A stretch of DNA of 64,000 nucleotides, from assembly GCA_050084985.1 (NCBI GenBank), contig JBITNC010000001.1, positions 64,170,001 to 64,234,000 on the forward strand, given 5' to 3'. Made by a program: the position numbers and the translations under genes. Shown one piece after another: positions 26,884 through 40,913 of this stretch. Positions within the stretch are counted from its first letter, which is position 1; every line of letters begins with the position of its first letter. This stretch comes from Nageia nagi. Lineage: Eukaryota; Plantae; Pinophyta. The notes under the pieces were generated by a model, which was not told the origin of the DNA, did no database searches, and saw nothing but the letters and a program-made list of their open reading frames with translations.

Positions 26884-29800
26884 ATGATTGATAATTTAAG
26901 TGAATTGGTTGGTGATGTCCACCTCCCAACTGCCTTTCAAAACTTGCAACAAACACTAGTAGTTATGGATTCCAAATATAATACTTTAAGCAAGAACTTG
27001 GAACTTGTTCAACAAGCAATGTTTGGAGGCTCACCAATAGGTTTGGATGGATCTCAACCATCTGTAGGGAAAGACTTCCAAATACCTCAAGGAACTCAAT
27101 ATGCCTTCATTCTTCCCAACACAACTAAGTTATATTTCCCACTAGTTAGATTTGTTAGACAAGATAATACTTTTCTTTTGGCCTGAGTGTCTTTGAATAT
27201 TTTATGGAGCTCTAAAAAAAATTCAACAAAAAACAATAATTAAATATTATCGAAATCATTTTGAAAAGTTGGTCAATCATACAAAAGGATTAGATGAAGA
27301 CTTTTTTAGAAGTTTCTTCATTAGTGGGTTGAAAGAAGAGATTCATGTGAAAGTAAAAATATTCAATCCCATAAATATGATGGAAGATATTGGGTTGGCC
27401 AAATTGGTTGAAAATAAATTCATTGCTCAATATAAGTAGGTAAAGCAACCATTTGGGAAATCACAAAGTTCTCAATTTGGTCCAAAATGAATTTGCCCAT
27501 TTTTGATAAAGTGACTTAGTCCCAAGGAAATGAAGGATTGAAGGGGAAAAGGCCTTTGCTATAATTATGATGAAAAATATAGATCAAACCATTGATACAC
27601 CACAGAAAAATTGTATTTATTAAATGTTGATGTAGCAGAGGAGGAATTTGAGGATGTAGTAGTTGACATAATAGAAAAACCTGACATTTCCACTAAGGAT
27701 ACTCCCAAAATCTCTTACAATTCCCTCTTAGGATTTTCATCCCTATAGAACATGAAATATAATTAACACTTCAAAGGATAGATTCTTATTATGTTGATTG
27801 ACTTAGGGAGCATACATATTTTCATTAACTTGAAGGTAGCTAAAAAGCCCAACTATTATATACAATCTTAGAATAGTTTTGAAGTGATGATTGGTAATAG
27901 TGGAAATATTTCCTATAAAGAGAAATATCATAATGTCAAACTCACCATGGGTTACTATCAATTACAAAGCAACATGTATGTCCTTCCATTAGGATGATGT
28001 GATGTGGTCCTTAGAACGTAATGGTTAAGGATTTTAGAGCCTATCTTATGGGAGTTTGCTAAAATTTGGATGCAATTTATAATTGAGGGAAAAAATTATA
28101 CTCTCAAAGGACTACACACATGACCATCACAAATTATTAGTTTCTAGTGTATGGAAAAGCTTCTTTGAAATGGAGGAAAAGGAATGGTGGTACAATTATT
28201 TTCAATTCAATTGAAGGAGCATGAACACAATGAACTAGAAGAACTACAACTATTGGTATGTAATGAAAATATTTTTGTAGAATTGGAAGGGTCACCTCCA
28301 TGTTGCTCTAATGATCATACTATCCATATTATTCTAGGAATCCAACCATACAACATTTGACTTTACTACTATCCTTGTCTACAAAAGAATGATATTAAAA
28401 AATTAGTGCATGGCATGTTAGAATCAGGTATCATCAAACCCAGTGTAAGTCCTTAAGCCTCTTCTATTTTGTTGGTTTGCAAGAAGTAAATATCTTGGCA
28501 CATATACATCAAATTTTAGACTCTCAACAAACTCATATTTAAGGATAAATTTCCTATTCCAATCATCTTCGATCCGATTATCACCAGATAAGGGTCCATG
28601 AAGAACATATTGTTTAAACTACTTTATGTAGACATGAATGTCATTACAAGTTTTTAGAAATGCCATTTTACCTTACTAATGCTCCTTTCACCTTCCATAT
28701 TCTAATGAATAAGGTATTTCACCCTCTCCTTAGAACATTTATTTTAGTTTTCTTTAATGAAATTTCAATATACAATACAAAGTAGGAGGATCATTTGTTC
28801 CACTTAGATCATCAATTGTATTTCAATTACTCCAAATTTTCTTTTGGATGAAAGTATATTAAGTATCTCAAACATATTATTTTTGAAAATGGTGTCAAGG
28901 TAGATCCTTTGGAGATTGAATATATGAAGAGTTGGCCTCTCCCCAAGTCACTCAAAGGGTTAGGTGGATTTCTAGGATTAATTGGGTACTATTATAAATT
29001 TATAAAGGATCATGAAAAGATTGCAACCCCACTAAAATATTTAATAAATTTTTTTTTTTCATTTGGACACCCATTATTATTAAATTATATTTTTATATAT
29101 TAAAATAAGCCATATGTTCTACCCTAGCTTTGTCCATGCTCGATTTTTCAAAAACCTTTATAATAAACAAAAATGCTTTCAAAGTGAGACTTGGAGTTAT
29201 TTTGATATAGGAGAGATGACCCTTGGATTTCACTAGCAAGGCTTTATTTGGTAAATATTTATCCAAATCCACATGTGAAAAAGAAATGTTATCAATTATT
29301 CATGTTATTCAATGGTGGAAACTATATCTCATTGGTCGATATTTTTTCATTCGAATAGATCATCATAGTTTGAAATATTTCTTGGAATAATGAATCTCAA
29401 CATCTAAACAAAAAATGTGGGTCTATAAGCTTTTTGGATATAGAAAATATTGATGTTGATGCTTTTTCTCAAAAATTTGAGGAACCTATGGTACTTCAAA
29501 CCATATCCTTCCTTATTCCTCAATGGCTAGATTAGGTTAAGTAAGAATGGATTCATGAAAGCTCTATTTAAACATTGATTCAATAGTTTTATATTGACCC
29601 TACTAGAAAACCTTACTTTTATTAGCATGATGGGATTCTTCAGTTCAAAGGTCACATTACACTACCCTCCAATTTTTCCTACCATGAGGTGATACTTCAA
29701 ACATTTTGCTTCATCTATAGGATATTCTTAATTTTTGAATATGCACAAGTGAGTGGCATGATATTTTTATTGGAATAGAATAAAATAGGATATAAAGAAT

Positions 29801-30900
29801 TTGTTTTTAGAATGTGATATTTATCAATGACAAAAATTTGAAACAATTAACACCCCTAGAATGCTTCATCCCCTCTCTATATCAATGTGCACTTGGATTG
29901 ATATTTTGATGGGTTTCATTAAAGGCCTCTTAGAATCCTATGGGAAATATGTTATCATGGTGTTGATGGATAAGATGTATAACTATGCATATTTATTTGC
30001 CTTAGCTCATACCTTATGGTTTTCAATGTAGCCCAACTTTTCTTGATGACATTTTCAAACTCCATGGTATGCCCTCTACCATAGTCAGTATTTTCGATTT
30101 GACCTTTACCAATAATTTTTGGTAAGAGTTATTCATGCTTCAAGGTACTCAAATCAATATGATTTTTTCTTATCACCTCAAATGGATGACCAAAGAAAAA
30201 TTGTAAATAAATGCTTAGAGAATTATCTACTTTGCTTTGCTTCAATCCAACCAGTTCATTGGGTTAACTACCTTCCTTTAGTAGAATGATGGTATAATAC
30301 TTTATATTATACTTCCATTATGAAGGCCCCTATGAATTATTTTATCGTCAAGATCCAACCATAGTAGCTTCATATGTTAAAAGAAACATAAATGTTTAAA
30401 ATTTGATACCACCTTAATCACTTGGGGAGATATCCTCTAAATTCTTTAGGAGAATATGTAAATGGCTCAATATTTCATGAAGCAACAAGTTGATCAACAA
30501 CAAGTTGAAAGATAATTACAAGAAGGGGATATGATTTTCCTACAACATCAACCATATTGGTATAACTCTATCAAGATAAAAGGATCCCAAAAGTTGGCTC
30601 CAAAATTTTATGGGCCTTATGAAATCCTTCAACACATTGGACTGATCGCATACAAGTTGGAGTTACTTGAATCCTTTAAATTTCATCTAGTCTTCCATGT
30701 TTCCTATCTTAAGAAGGTAATTGGATCCCAAGAAAAGGTTCATACACAATTATCTAAATTCATTAGATATGGATTTATAATGGTTGAACCTAAGGTGGTG
30801 CTGGAGCAATGCACTTATCAACTTCATAATTATACCATCATTAAAGTCCTTATCTAGTGGCACAATTTGGCACCTAAGGCCCGCAACTTGGGAGGTACTT
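26884..30900 (+). pseudogene. gag-pol pseudogene (Gag, PR, RT, RH, INT, chromodomain)
   Basis: FISGLKEEI (gag), LIDLGSIHIF (PR), KDKFPIP and [12 protein letters not shown] (RT), WPLPKSLKGLGGFLGLIGYY, DHHSLKYF (RH), KLAPKFYGPYEILQHIGLIAYKLEL (INT), VLI*WHNL..TWE (chromodomain). Confidence 0.9.
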
Positions 30901-31724
30901 CATCAGCTTCAATAATATTTTTTCTAAATTTTAGCTTTGAGGAAAAATCCCTTTGTAATATGGGTGGCATGTTAGGATCCCATATCCTAATATTTATTTA
31001 TGTTGTTAGTGGTTTATTTTAATATTTTAATTATCGACATGTACCAACTTATAAGGTGGATCATCACACTTTTGTAAGGTAAATCACCATTTTGCAATGA
31101 ATATATAATTAGGGTTAAGGTATCATGACTATAAATATGTGTAAGAGGGGAAGATAGATCATCTTGGAAAATATATCATCTTTTGAATTACTATTCATTT
31201 TGCTATTAATAAAGTTATTCTATTATGCTATTTTGTTTCATATTTGATAAGTTACATGATATGTTGCATTTCAAATCCATTTCTATGTTACATTTTACTT
31301 TTATTTTGGTTAAATTCCTTTTTTAGATCTTTTGGGTTTCTAACAGGTTTACCAACCTTATCAAATTAGAGTTGATACATCAAATCATAAGTCAAAAATA
31401 TAGATTCTTTGAATAATCATTTGAGCAAGTTTTAATTGTATAAAGTATTATTCTTATTTAATTTGTATGTCAAAATTTATATTACAAAATTAACAATTAA
31501 GCTCATATTTTTTAATTATTTAAGATAATAATAATTTTTACATTGAAAGGGTATTGTTAATGATTCAAATCTAAAGGAGGTTAAGATATATTGAAGAAAA
31601 TAAAGAGTAATATGTATTTGACTTGTATTTTACATTTTTAATTTACAACAATAAAATTCAACCTAATAATATTGAATATTGTAAAATATTTTTCATGTAA
31701 TATGTTTTATTGTATTAACATGAT

Positions 31725-31900
31725 TCAACCTAGTTGCATTATGCTACATGTTAAGGTTGTGTTTTTCAATCTATTGGTTGCATTTTCCAATCTATTGGTT
31801 GCATGATGCAACATGTTGGTTGCATCATCCATTCAATAGGTTACATAATGCACCTAGTTGCATGATGTAACTAACCAGTTGCATAATTCAATATGTTGGT
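31725..31900. repeat. Short degenerate ~21-bp tandem repeats
   Basis: Repeated caa(t/c)ctattggttgcat variants; related motifs recur at 32245-32300. Confidence 0.6.
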
Positions 31901-33822
31901 CACTATAAAAAATAACCACATTTAACTTTTGCTATGTAAAATCTCTTGAAATGAAATAGAAAATAAAAAAGAGTTAAAAATAATATTCATAAAAATAGAA
32001 CAAAAAATAGATAAGATTATCAAAAAATAATTCTTTAGGAATATTAAGAATAATAATAATAATAATAAAATAAATTTTAAGATATTAAAGAAATACATGC
32101 CTTGAAAATGTTAAGCACGCACATATGTAGCTCAATTTGAGGGTTTGTACAAAAAAAAGTTTAAATAAGAATGACTAAAAGTTATGCATGAAAGTGTTTG
32201 TATTTTTATCAAGGATGAAAAACAAAGATACATTATAGTAGATCATGCAACTTGTTGGTTGCATTGTAGAACTTGTTGGTCATGTGATGTAATATGTTGA
32301 TGGCATATCTTCTAAAGATAATTAAACAAATCTCACCTTACGGTTATAGATTCATTATAGAATGCTTGTAGTGACTAATTTGAATGGTTACAATCATTAA
32401 ATAAAATAATTGCAACTTGTAAATTTCTATGAGAAAATAAATTTTATTATCATTTAGGGTTTATAGTTTTGGGTTAAGGATTAGCATTTGGAAGTGTCTT
32501 TAGAATATATATGTATAGTACCTATAAGAGGTAATTTTTTCCATGTTAAAATATTATTTTTTAAAATTGAGGTAAATATAGACATTTTAATTTTCTTGGA
32601 GTAGGTAATTTAAATGTTAATTTATATAATAATTATGCAATTTTGGCAAGCCAAATTAGAAAAGGTAATTTTTTTTTTATAAAATTTAGGTAACTTATGA
32701 TATATAGTATCCTACTCCCCAAATTTTCCAAATACAAATTTTAAAAAACTGAAATTTCTCTTATAAGTTATTATTTGTGTATAAAATGAACCCTAACACC
32801 CATGAAGAGGTAATGATCCAAATTCAAATCTTATAGAGTTGAAGGGTGTGTCATGCCAACACCAATGATCACATTAAAATGTTACCATGATGTTTATCCT
32901 AAAATCAACACCAAAATGAGATTTTTGTTACACTAATGGGTAGTAATCCTAGATAATAGTATTGAATGATTTATAAGGGTGCTATTTGTGCATCTAGTAG
33001 TTCTATCTCCATAAAAGATCATCTCTTAGAAATAACTATAAAAGGATAAAAGTTAGGGAAGGTGTCAAAAAGATTTTGATGCTCAAATAAGGGATGGGAA
33101 AGACTTCCAAACTTAAAATAGGATGTTGAAAAGAAAGAAAAATCATTAATTTTGGGTTTGTAAATAAAACAATAATAACTAGACTAAACTACTAGGAGTA
33201 GATAATAAAGTTTTTAGCCAAAACTTAATTAATGATCAATATCATAGATTTTCATACCATTCACAATGAATCTCAAACATTCATGAATAACATTCCTAAA
33301 TTTGAATCAAAACTAGAATGAAGAATATGAAGCTTTATTGTTTATCAATGGAGAAATACATTATGACATTGGATTTGTAAAAACCCTCATGCTTCAATAG
33401 GAATGGATCTTATAGATCCCAAACCCTCATACATTCTCCATCTCCATTATATTCTAAAAGAAAACCCTAAAATTACCTTAATTAAGTAAAACAAAGCAAA
33501 GTGAACCTTATCTATAGCAAATAACATCCATCGAATTTACATCAATGATGTTTATTATATCTACTAAATAAAGAAAAGATAACTGACTAAAATTGACAAG
33601 ATGGGGATCAGTTGGAAGGAGCTAGTTGCACCTTGGGATTAGATGGAGTTTTGGGTAATAAAGTATTTTACCCTAGATATATGTGACATAGTCATCTTTG
33701 GACCACACCTTGTTATCTTGAGCCACTTTCATTGAGGGAATAATCTCAAGGTGTGCATTCCATTCTTCCTAGAATATTTTGTCAAAACATAGATAAAAAA
33801 GATAAGGCATAAAGTAGAGAAG

Positions 33823-34312
33823 TGAAGGAATTAGATCTAGACTAATCCTCAAGGTCCAAGACTAGGAAACTCAATCATTCATCATCTACAAGCTAATAAC
33901 ACCATTCACACAAGATAACACAAATATAATGTGGTTCCTCCCTCCTTGGGAGTACATCCACAACTAGTTCTCAATTCTCAATCTATGCACCTCTTACTAC
34001 AATTCTCTTTCTCTCCTACACAAACTAGTAGAGTAATCTTACTCCAAAACTTAGTTGTGTTACAAGAGGAGAGGCCCTCTATTTATAGCTTGAGAGCACC
34101 TCCCTAACCTCCCTTTAACCCAAGGGTAAGGTTAGGGTTACAATAAATGTATGACCTAACTTTAACCTACCAACTAACCCCATGGTAAGGTCAAAGTCCA
34201 CACATAATAAAGAATTCAATTAATCCCTTAAGGTATCTACATATCCTTTAAGTGATTAATTGAATTTACAAGGAGTTTAGATATTCACAATATTTCATTA
34301 CAAATTCTAACA
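33823..34312 (-). repeat. 3' LTR of Copia (490 bp)
   Basis: tgaaggaattag...ttctaaca; adjacent to the PPT. Confidence 0.97.
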
Positions 34313-34789
34313 CTCCCCCTTAATGCAATATTGGGATAGAGCGTAGAAGAGAGAATAGAGAGAGTAAAAGAGAGTTCTCCTCCATAGAGATACAAGCGGA
34401 GATGAGAACATTTACATATTTGAGAATCTTTTTGAGAACTAGTATGAGACTCACTACATTACCATTTGACAAAATGGTTTACAATACAATCATTGACCAC
34501 AACTGGTTTCATTGTACATAGTAGTCGATCAACTTTAAGCTAACATGTGAGTCTCCATGAGCTTGCTTACACAAGGTGAGTAACCTACATTTCTGAAGAA
34601 GATCCTACATGCTACAAGCAACTCATGAACAAAATCAGTTAGATGCATCATATATTCAAATAAGAGAATCAAATAATGCCATCTTTTAAATAACTGATCA
34701 ATGGTGCACTATAAGTCATCACAGAGATGCCAAGCCATCACTCATAGTCACCTATTGTATATAGACATGTGTTGATTATGAATAGAGCA

Positions 34790-35246
34790 TAAAAATTATA
34801 CAACAAGTTTCTCACGTAGAGCAAACTTACCATAGAGGTATAGAATGTACAACAAGTTCCTCACGTAGAGTGAACTTACCATGGAGGTATATTAATTATA
34901 TGCTCAAAAATTATACAAGTTTCTCATGTAGAGAAAACTTACCACAGAGGTATAAAATGTACAACAAGTTTGTCACGTAGAGCAAACTTACCACAGAGGT
35001 ATAAAAATGTACAACAAGTTTGTCACACAAAGCAAACTTACCATGGAGTTATAAAAATGTACAACAAGTTTGTCATGTAGATCAAACTTACCATGGAGGT
35101 ATAAAATGTACAAGTTTGTCACGTAGAGCAAACTTACCACGGAGGTATAAAAATGTACAAGTTTGTCATGCAGAGCAAACTTACCACGGAGGTATAAAAA
35201 TGTACAACAAGTTTTTCATGCAGAGCAAACTTACCACGAAGGTATA
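34790..35246. repeat. 46-50-bp tandem repeat (~9 copies) in the Copia 3' UTR
   Basis: Unit acaacaagtttgtcacgtagagcaaacttaccacagaggtataaaaatgt. Confidence 0.95.
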
Positions 35247-35320
35247 TCATAATCAACACACACTATATAACAACAACAAAAGAGCCTCTTAGAGGTGAAG
35301 TTGTCATCACTAACAAAAGT

Positions 35321-38300
35321 TCAAACTTCACTCCCCCTTGAGGGCAACTTCACCAACTCTAGAGAATCCCTAAGCTTGTTGAAATGAGCTTCAGGAAGGG
35401 GCTTGATGAATAAATCAGCAGAGTTTTCAATAGATGGACAATACTCCAAGTGTATGATGTCATCTAGAACCTTCTCCCTAATAAAATGGGCTTGGATTTC
35501 CACATGTTTGGTTCTCTGATGGAACATAGGATTCTTAGCCAAAGAGATAGCTGATTGATTGTCTAAAGAAATAAGAGATGGGCCATTTTGCTTATACCCA
35601 ATTTCATTTAGAAGATGCCTCAGCCAAATAGCTTCTTGGGTGGCAACAGACATGGCTCAATATTTGGATTTCGTGGTAGAAAGAGTCACAGTAGGTTGCT
35701 TCTTGGAAGCCCAAGAGATAGCACCTGAACCAATGTTGAACACATATGCAAAGGTTGATTTTCTATCATCTCTATCTCCCCCATAATCAAAATCTAAGAA
35801 CCTAGAGAGAATAATCGAGGGCACTTTGGAATACTTAAGAGCAAGATCCTTTATCCCTGCCACATACCTCAAGATTTGCTTAATAGCATTGAGGTGTTCA
35901 ACATGTGGTTTTTACATGAATCGTGCCATTAGATTCACTGCAAAGGCAATATTAGGTCGAGAGATAGCCAGATACAGAAGACTACCTATCAATTGCCTAT
36001 AAGTTGTAGCATCAGCCAACTAAGAATTTGAGCTCAAAGATACAATGATTCTAGGAGAAATAGGTATTGCAGCATATCTACACTCCTCCATTCCAAACTT
36101 TTGCAAGATGTCTAATATATAATTAGATTGACTAAGATAAGTACAATCTTTATGTTGGTATACTTGCATCCCAAGATAGTAATGCAATAGACCTAGATCA
36201 GTCATTTCAAATGTTGCCTTCAGTTTGGATATGCACTCTTGGATGATTTCAATATTATTGCCAGTTATGAGAAGATCATCCACATAAAGGAGAATTAAGA
36301 CCACGTCTTTTCCTTGATTAAGTACATAGAGATCTGAGTCAGAGAAGCACTTGGAAAAACCAATATCTATAAAGAATCCTAAAATTTTCTTGTACCATGC
36401 TCTAGGTGCTTGCTTAAGTCCATACAAAGACTTCTTTAGCTTGCACACAAAATACTCTTTACCTTCTGGAATATATCCTTTTGGTTGATTCATGTAGATT
36501 TCTACATCCAAGTCACCATTGAGAAATGCACTCTTGACATCAAGTTGAAAAGCTTTCCATCCTTGAGCTATAGAAAGAGCAAGGATTATCCTGACAGTAG
36601 GCATCTTAGCCACAGGAGCAAAGGTTTCCTCATAATCAATACCATATTTTTGAGCGAATCCTTTGGCCACTAACCTTGCTTTGTATTTTTCAATTTTTCC
36701 ATCAGAATTGTACTTGACCTTATATATCCATTTATTTCCAATCACATTTTTCTCATTGGGATAAGGAACCAAATCCCAAGTTTCATTTTTCATGAGCGCC
36801 TCATACTCAACTTTCATAGCTTCCATCCAACACTCTTTCTTAGAAGCTTCTTTGAAGGTTGATGGCTCATTCGTATTATCAATTTTGGCAAATAAAGATT
36901 TATTTAAGGTCATAATTCTTATAATTCTCTGAGCTAGAGAATTTTGCTCTTATGGTGACTTCCCTACATGATCATCCAACCAGTTAGGTGCAGGCAAAGA
37001 ATCATCCGAATCAGACACCTCAGCATGAGAGGTCGTATCCTTAGGAAGTTCATTGAACTTGACATCCCTAGAAACAAAGACTATTTTATGGGATGAGGAG
37101 TAGAGCCTGTAACCTCTATGCTAATTATCGTACCCCACAAAGATGCTTTTTTCTAATCTTTTATCCAACTTCTTTCTTTTCTCTGAGGTAATGAAGGCAA
37201 ATGCATCACAATCGAAGACCCTAAAGTGTGAGATGTTAGGTTTCTTTCCTGTCCATGCTTCATATAGAGTTTTACCTTCAATTTCTTTAGTAGGACACCT
37301 ATTTAGGGTGTGAATAGCAGTGTGAACAGCTTCACCCTATAAGAAACTAGGAAGGTTACCCAACATGCACCTTGCCATTTCCATAATGGTTCGATTCTTC
37401 CTTTCAGCAACTCCATTTTGCTAAGGAGTGTAAGGGATTGTGAATTGCCACTTGATCCCATGTTTAACACAATAGTCATTAAACTCATTGCTATTATACT
37501 CACCCCCATTATTAGATCTAAGCATATTGATCTTAAAATCAATTTGATTTTCAACAAGAGCCTTGAATTCTTTAAACCTATCAAAAGTTTGATCCTTGTG
37601 CTCAAGTAGATAACCAAATGTCATCCTACTGAAGTCATCAATGAAGGTCAGAACATAAGAAGCTCCCCCTAGAGACTTAGTCTAAAACGGACCCATCAAA
37701 TTTGAATGCACAAGTTGAAGAGGACGAGTAGCCCGAGTTACCTTATCTTTTTCAAACTTTTGCCTATTCATCTTTCCTAGAATGCACCTTTCACAGAGAC
37801 CAATTGTGGGTGAAATATTAGATAAACCTTCCACAAGTTCTTGATTTTTCATATCTTGAATACTCTTGTGGTTAAGGTGCCCTAATCATTGATGCCAAAG
37901 ATTACACTTTGAACAAACATTTGCAGTAAGACAAATCTTTGAAGGTACTTGATCCATAATATAAAGGTCATCCTTTACTGATCCTTTCATTAAGGTGGCA
38001 ATTCCTTTCTTAACACACCAAGAGTGTGAGGTAAACTCAAATGAGTATCCTTTCCTTGTAATCTAAATTATGAAGATAAGATTCGTCCTTAGTTTAGGCA
38101 CATAAAAGACATTATCAAGAACCTTTCCATGAATCTTCACACTCCATATTCCTTGAACATCAAGGACTGAATTATCACCTATCACAACTGCATCCTTCAT
38201 GTACTTATGAAAGTTTTCAAACTTATCCTTTTCATCAACAATCCAATCATTTGAAATAGTTTGAGTCATTGAGTAGTAGGCAACAGTAGCAGCATGCTTG

Positions 38301-39210
38301 TTCTTCTTTTTATTATTGAAATTTCTCACATTTGCATTTCCCTTGCCTTTTTGAGCAAATTTCTTTTTATGATAATCATACTCTTTATGCCCAAAGATGC
38401 CACAACAGTTACAATTTCCATCAAACTTTTCTTGAGGTGTTGGATTGCTTGATCCAACTTTGTCATTCCTTTGCATGAAGTTGCCATTATTGTTGCCCTT
38501 TTTCTCATACTTACTGAAGGTAGATGAGGATTTGTTATCTTTGAATTTATAATGTTTAAACTTCTTCTTGAAAGGAGTTTTGGTTGCTCCTAGAGCAATG
38601 CTATTATCCTTTAGAGAAAGGTTCAACATTTTTTTATTTAAAGTTTCCTCATGCTTCAGAAGGAGTCTAGAGAGGTTATCAAGAGAGATGACATCTTCTT
38701 CATCATTGAGCCTAGTTTCCATAACCGTGACAAAGTTACTAAACTTTGTAGAAAGGTTTTAAAGAATGATGAAGACCATGAACTCATCATTGATCCAGTT
38801 GCACCCACAGCCAACCAGTTGTGTCCTGAGGTCAATGATTTTGTTCAAGTAGATAGAAGCACTTTCATCTTCACCTTGATGATATTGCAATAACTTTTGT
38901 AAAATGGTGAACCTCCTTGAAAATTTTGACCCAAGGTAAATTTCTTCAGCCTATCCCAAGCTTCCTTTGCTGATGTTGAAGAAGAGATCATGAGAAGGAT
39001 GTCATCTGAAACTGCACGATAGATCATTGAAGTTGCTAACTCATTCTTTGAGTTGTAGATTTCAAGAGCCTTCTCATCTGTAGGAGTGACCATGTATTCA
39101 TTAACTATCTACCACAGCTTCCTTGCTTGTAACTCAGCTTTCATACGAGGTTCCCATATGCCAAAGTTGGAACCGTCGAGTATATGCTTGGGTATGAAGG
39201 TTTCAACCAT
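35321..39210 (-). pseudogene. Copia gag-pol (Gag, CCHC knuckle, PR, INT, RT, RNase H) with stops and frameshifts
   Basis: ATG at 39210 (MVETFIPKHILDGSNFGIW...). CNCCGIFGHKEYDY knuckle. PR motif WIVD with the catalytic SG region deleted. INT LRSNNGGEY. RT KYKARLVAKG, LDVKSAFLNG, SLYGLKQAPRAW, LYVDDLL. RH DNQSAI...RTKHVEI...ADLFIKPL. Confidence 0.96.
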
Positions 39211-40913
39211 TGCTACAAAAGTAAATAAGTAAGAAGAATGAATAAATTTCTACAATTTACCATCTATACAAATTAAACATAAGTAAACATGTCCCACATG
39301 TGCAAACTTATAAACCAAGATCCGTAAAAGGATAAAGTTGGGGTTGTTTTCTTGTATAGAATTAGGCCTTCACCTGGATGCCCATAAGGTGGAGCCCAGG
39401 TACTACCAGTCCTCAACCAGTTCACCTTGGTCAGTAATATACTCTCTCAAGGAGAAGTACCAACTATTTTCCAAGGATCCAACATATCTTGGACTGGCCA
39501 TTTTAATTATCTTGTTTAAGATTTTTAGTTTTCCTCCTAGGTTATCAGGATAATCCTTGAATGGACGTGCGGACATGTGGTATCACTACACACATGCTTG
39601 TCCACCTAATAGAGTTATGTCCAATCCAATAGAGGTCTTAGGGGAAATTAAGATGGATTTACCACCACTTGGTTCTTCGAACTAAAAAGGCTCCAGTCTG
39701 CCCTGTCCTCACCTCGTGGCTCCCCAAACAAGTCATGTTGTGGAAAAGTACGTGCGGATGTGTTCATTTTAGGGGTTACTTTCAATATGTTACATTTTGC
39801 AAGTATAAAGCAATTGTACAAAAATATAAAGTAAAGTAAAAATACATCATCCATAAGAACTTTGAAACCTTAAGAGTCCAATGGGTTTTGTACTAACCCC
39901 TAAAGGACATTTTACATTTTGCATACTTTGCTCAAGTTCATAAAATTCGTTCAACACTTTTAATGAATTTAAAAAGGCTAAGTCCTACTTAGCATTAATC
40001 CATAACTTAAACATGCATTATTCCATGACTTAAAAAATTAAGTAATAAACATGCATCATGCATTATTTAACTTAAAATTTTAAATACTAAGCATGCTTTA
40101 TTCCTACACAAGATTAAGAGGCATGCATTACAAATTTAGCATGCAAGATCTAGATAAAGTTTTAAGTAAAAATTATACAAATTCCCCCCTTTTCACTTAA
40201 AGTTTTATCCCTAAGAACTTGTATGCTAAAAATTGTCTTTTAAGTATGCATTTATATTTTAAGTAAAAAGAATTTCCCTTGTTTACTTAAAAAATAGCAT
40301 ACTTAGATTACCTTAGCAAATTTTTACTAAAAAAAATGTTTTACCTAAGTAAATTATCATACTTAGAGAAAATTATACTCCAAAATATCTTCTATGTGCC
40401 ACATTTTTCTAAAAAAAATACTTACTTTAAAGTATTATAGTCAATGCTAAGAGATTGACATTCTAGTAATTGCATGTGCACCTTAAAAATGCAATTTTGA
40501 GTATAATATTAAAAATATTCTAAGCATATTTTTTTAAAAAAAAGGTAAGCAAAGTTTAACTTAAAAAATAGTATTTTTGACATTATTGTAGAAATAAGCA
40601 AAAATATTCAGTACTTTCCAAGTCTCCAAGAATTAAATGGAGAAAGAGGAGACCCATACCCCTACTGCATGCATATTTAATGCTACTTTTACCAAAGCAT
40701 TCCAAGTAAACAAAAAATTACTCCAAGTCAAACAAAATAAATGCTTTAGGTAAAAAAGGATGGCTACCCTTTCCTTACCAAGAAGGAGGATACGTTGCTT
40801 GCATGTGCATTTAAGGAAGGTGAAAAGTAGTAAAAAAAAATTAAATGCACAAGGGGTTTGGTTGGGTCCTTAAGACTTAGGTGGAGTGGTGAGGTGCTCA
40901 CCACGTTTAGACC

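Larger units (their letters stand above)
25851..31345 (+). mobile_element. Ty3/Gypsy chromovirus (Reina-like size, 5.5 kb), full-length but degraded
   Basis: LTRs at 25851-26245 and 30970-31345 (tgttaggatcc...taa(t/c)a). Perfect TSD ggttt (25846-25850; 31346-31350). Degenerate Met PBS tagtataagaac near 26248. Confidence 0.93.

Noticed and set aside
34790-35292. Repeat array as a possible CRISPR, and ORF 35020..35292
   Set aside because: Units are head-to-tail with no unique spacers, there are no cas genes, and the context is a plant retrotransposon 3' UTR.
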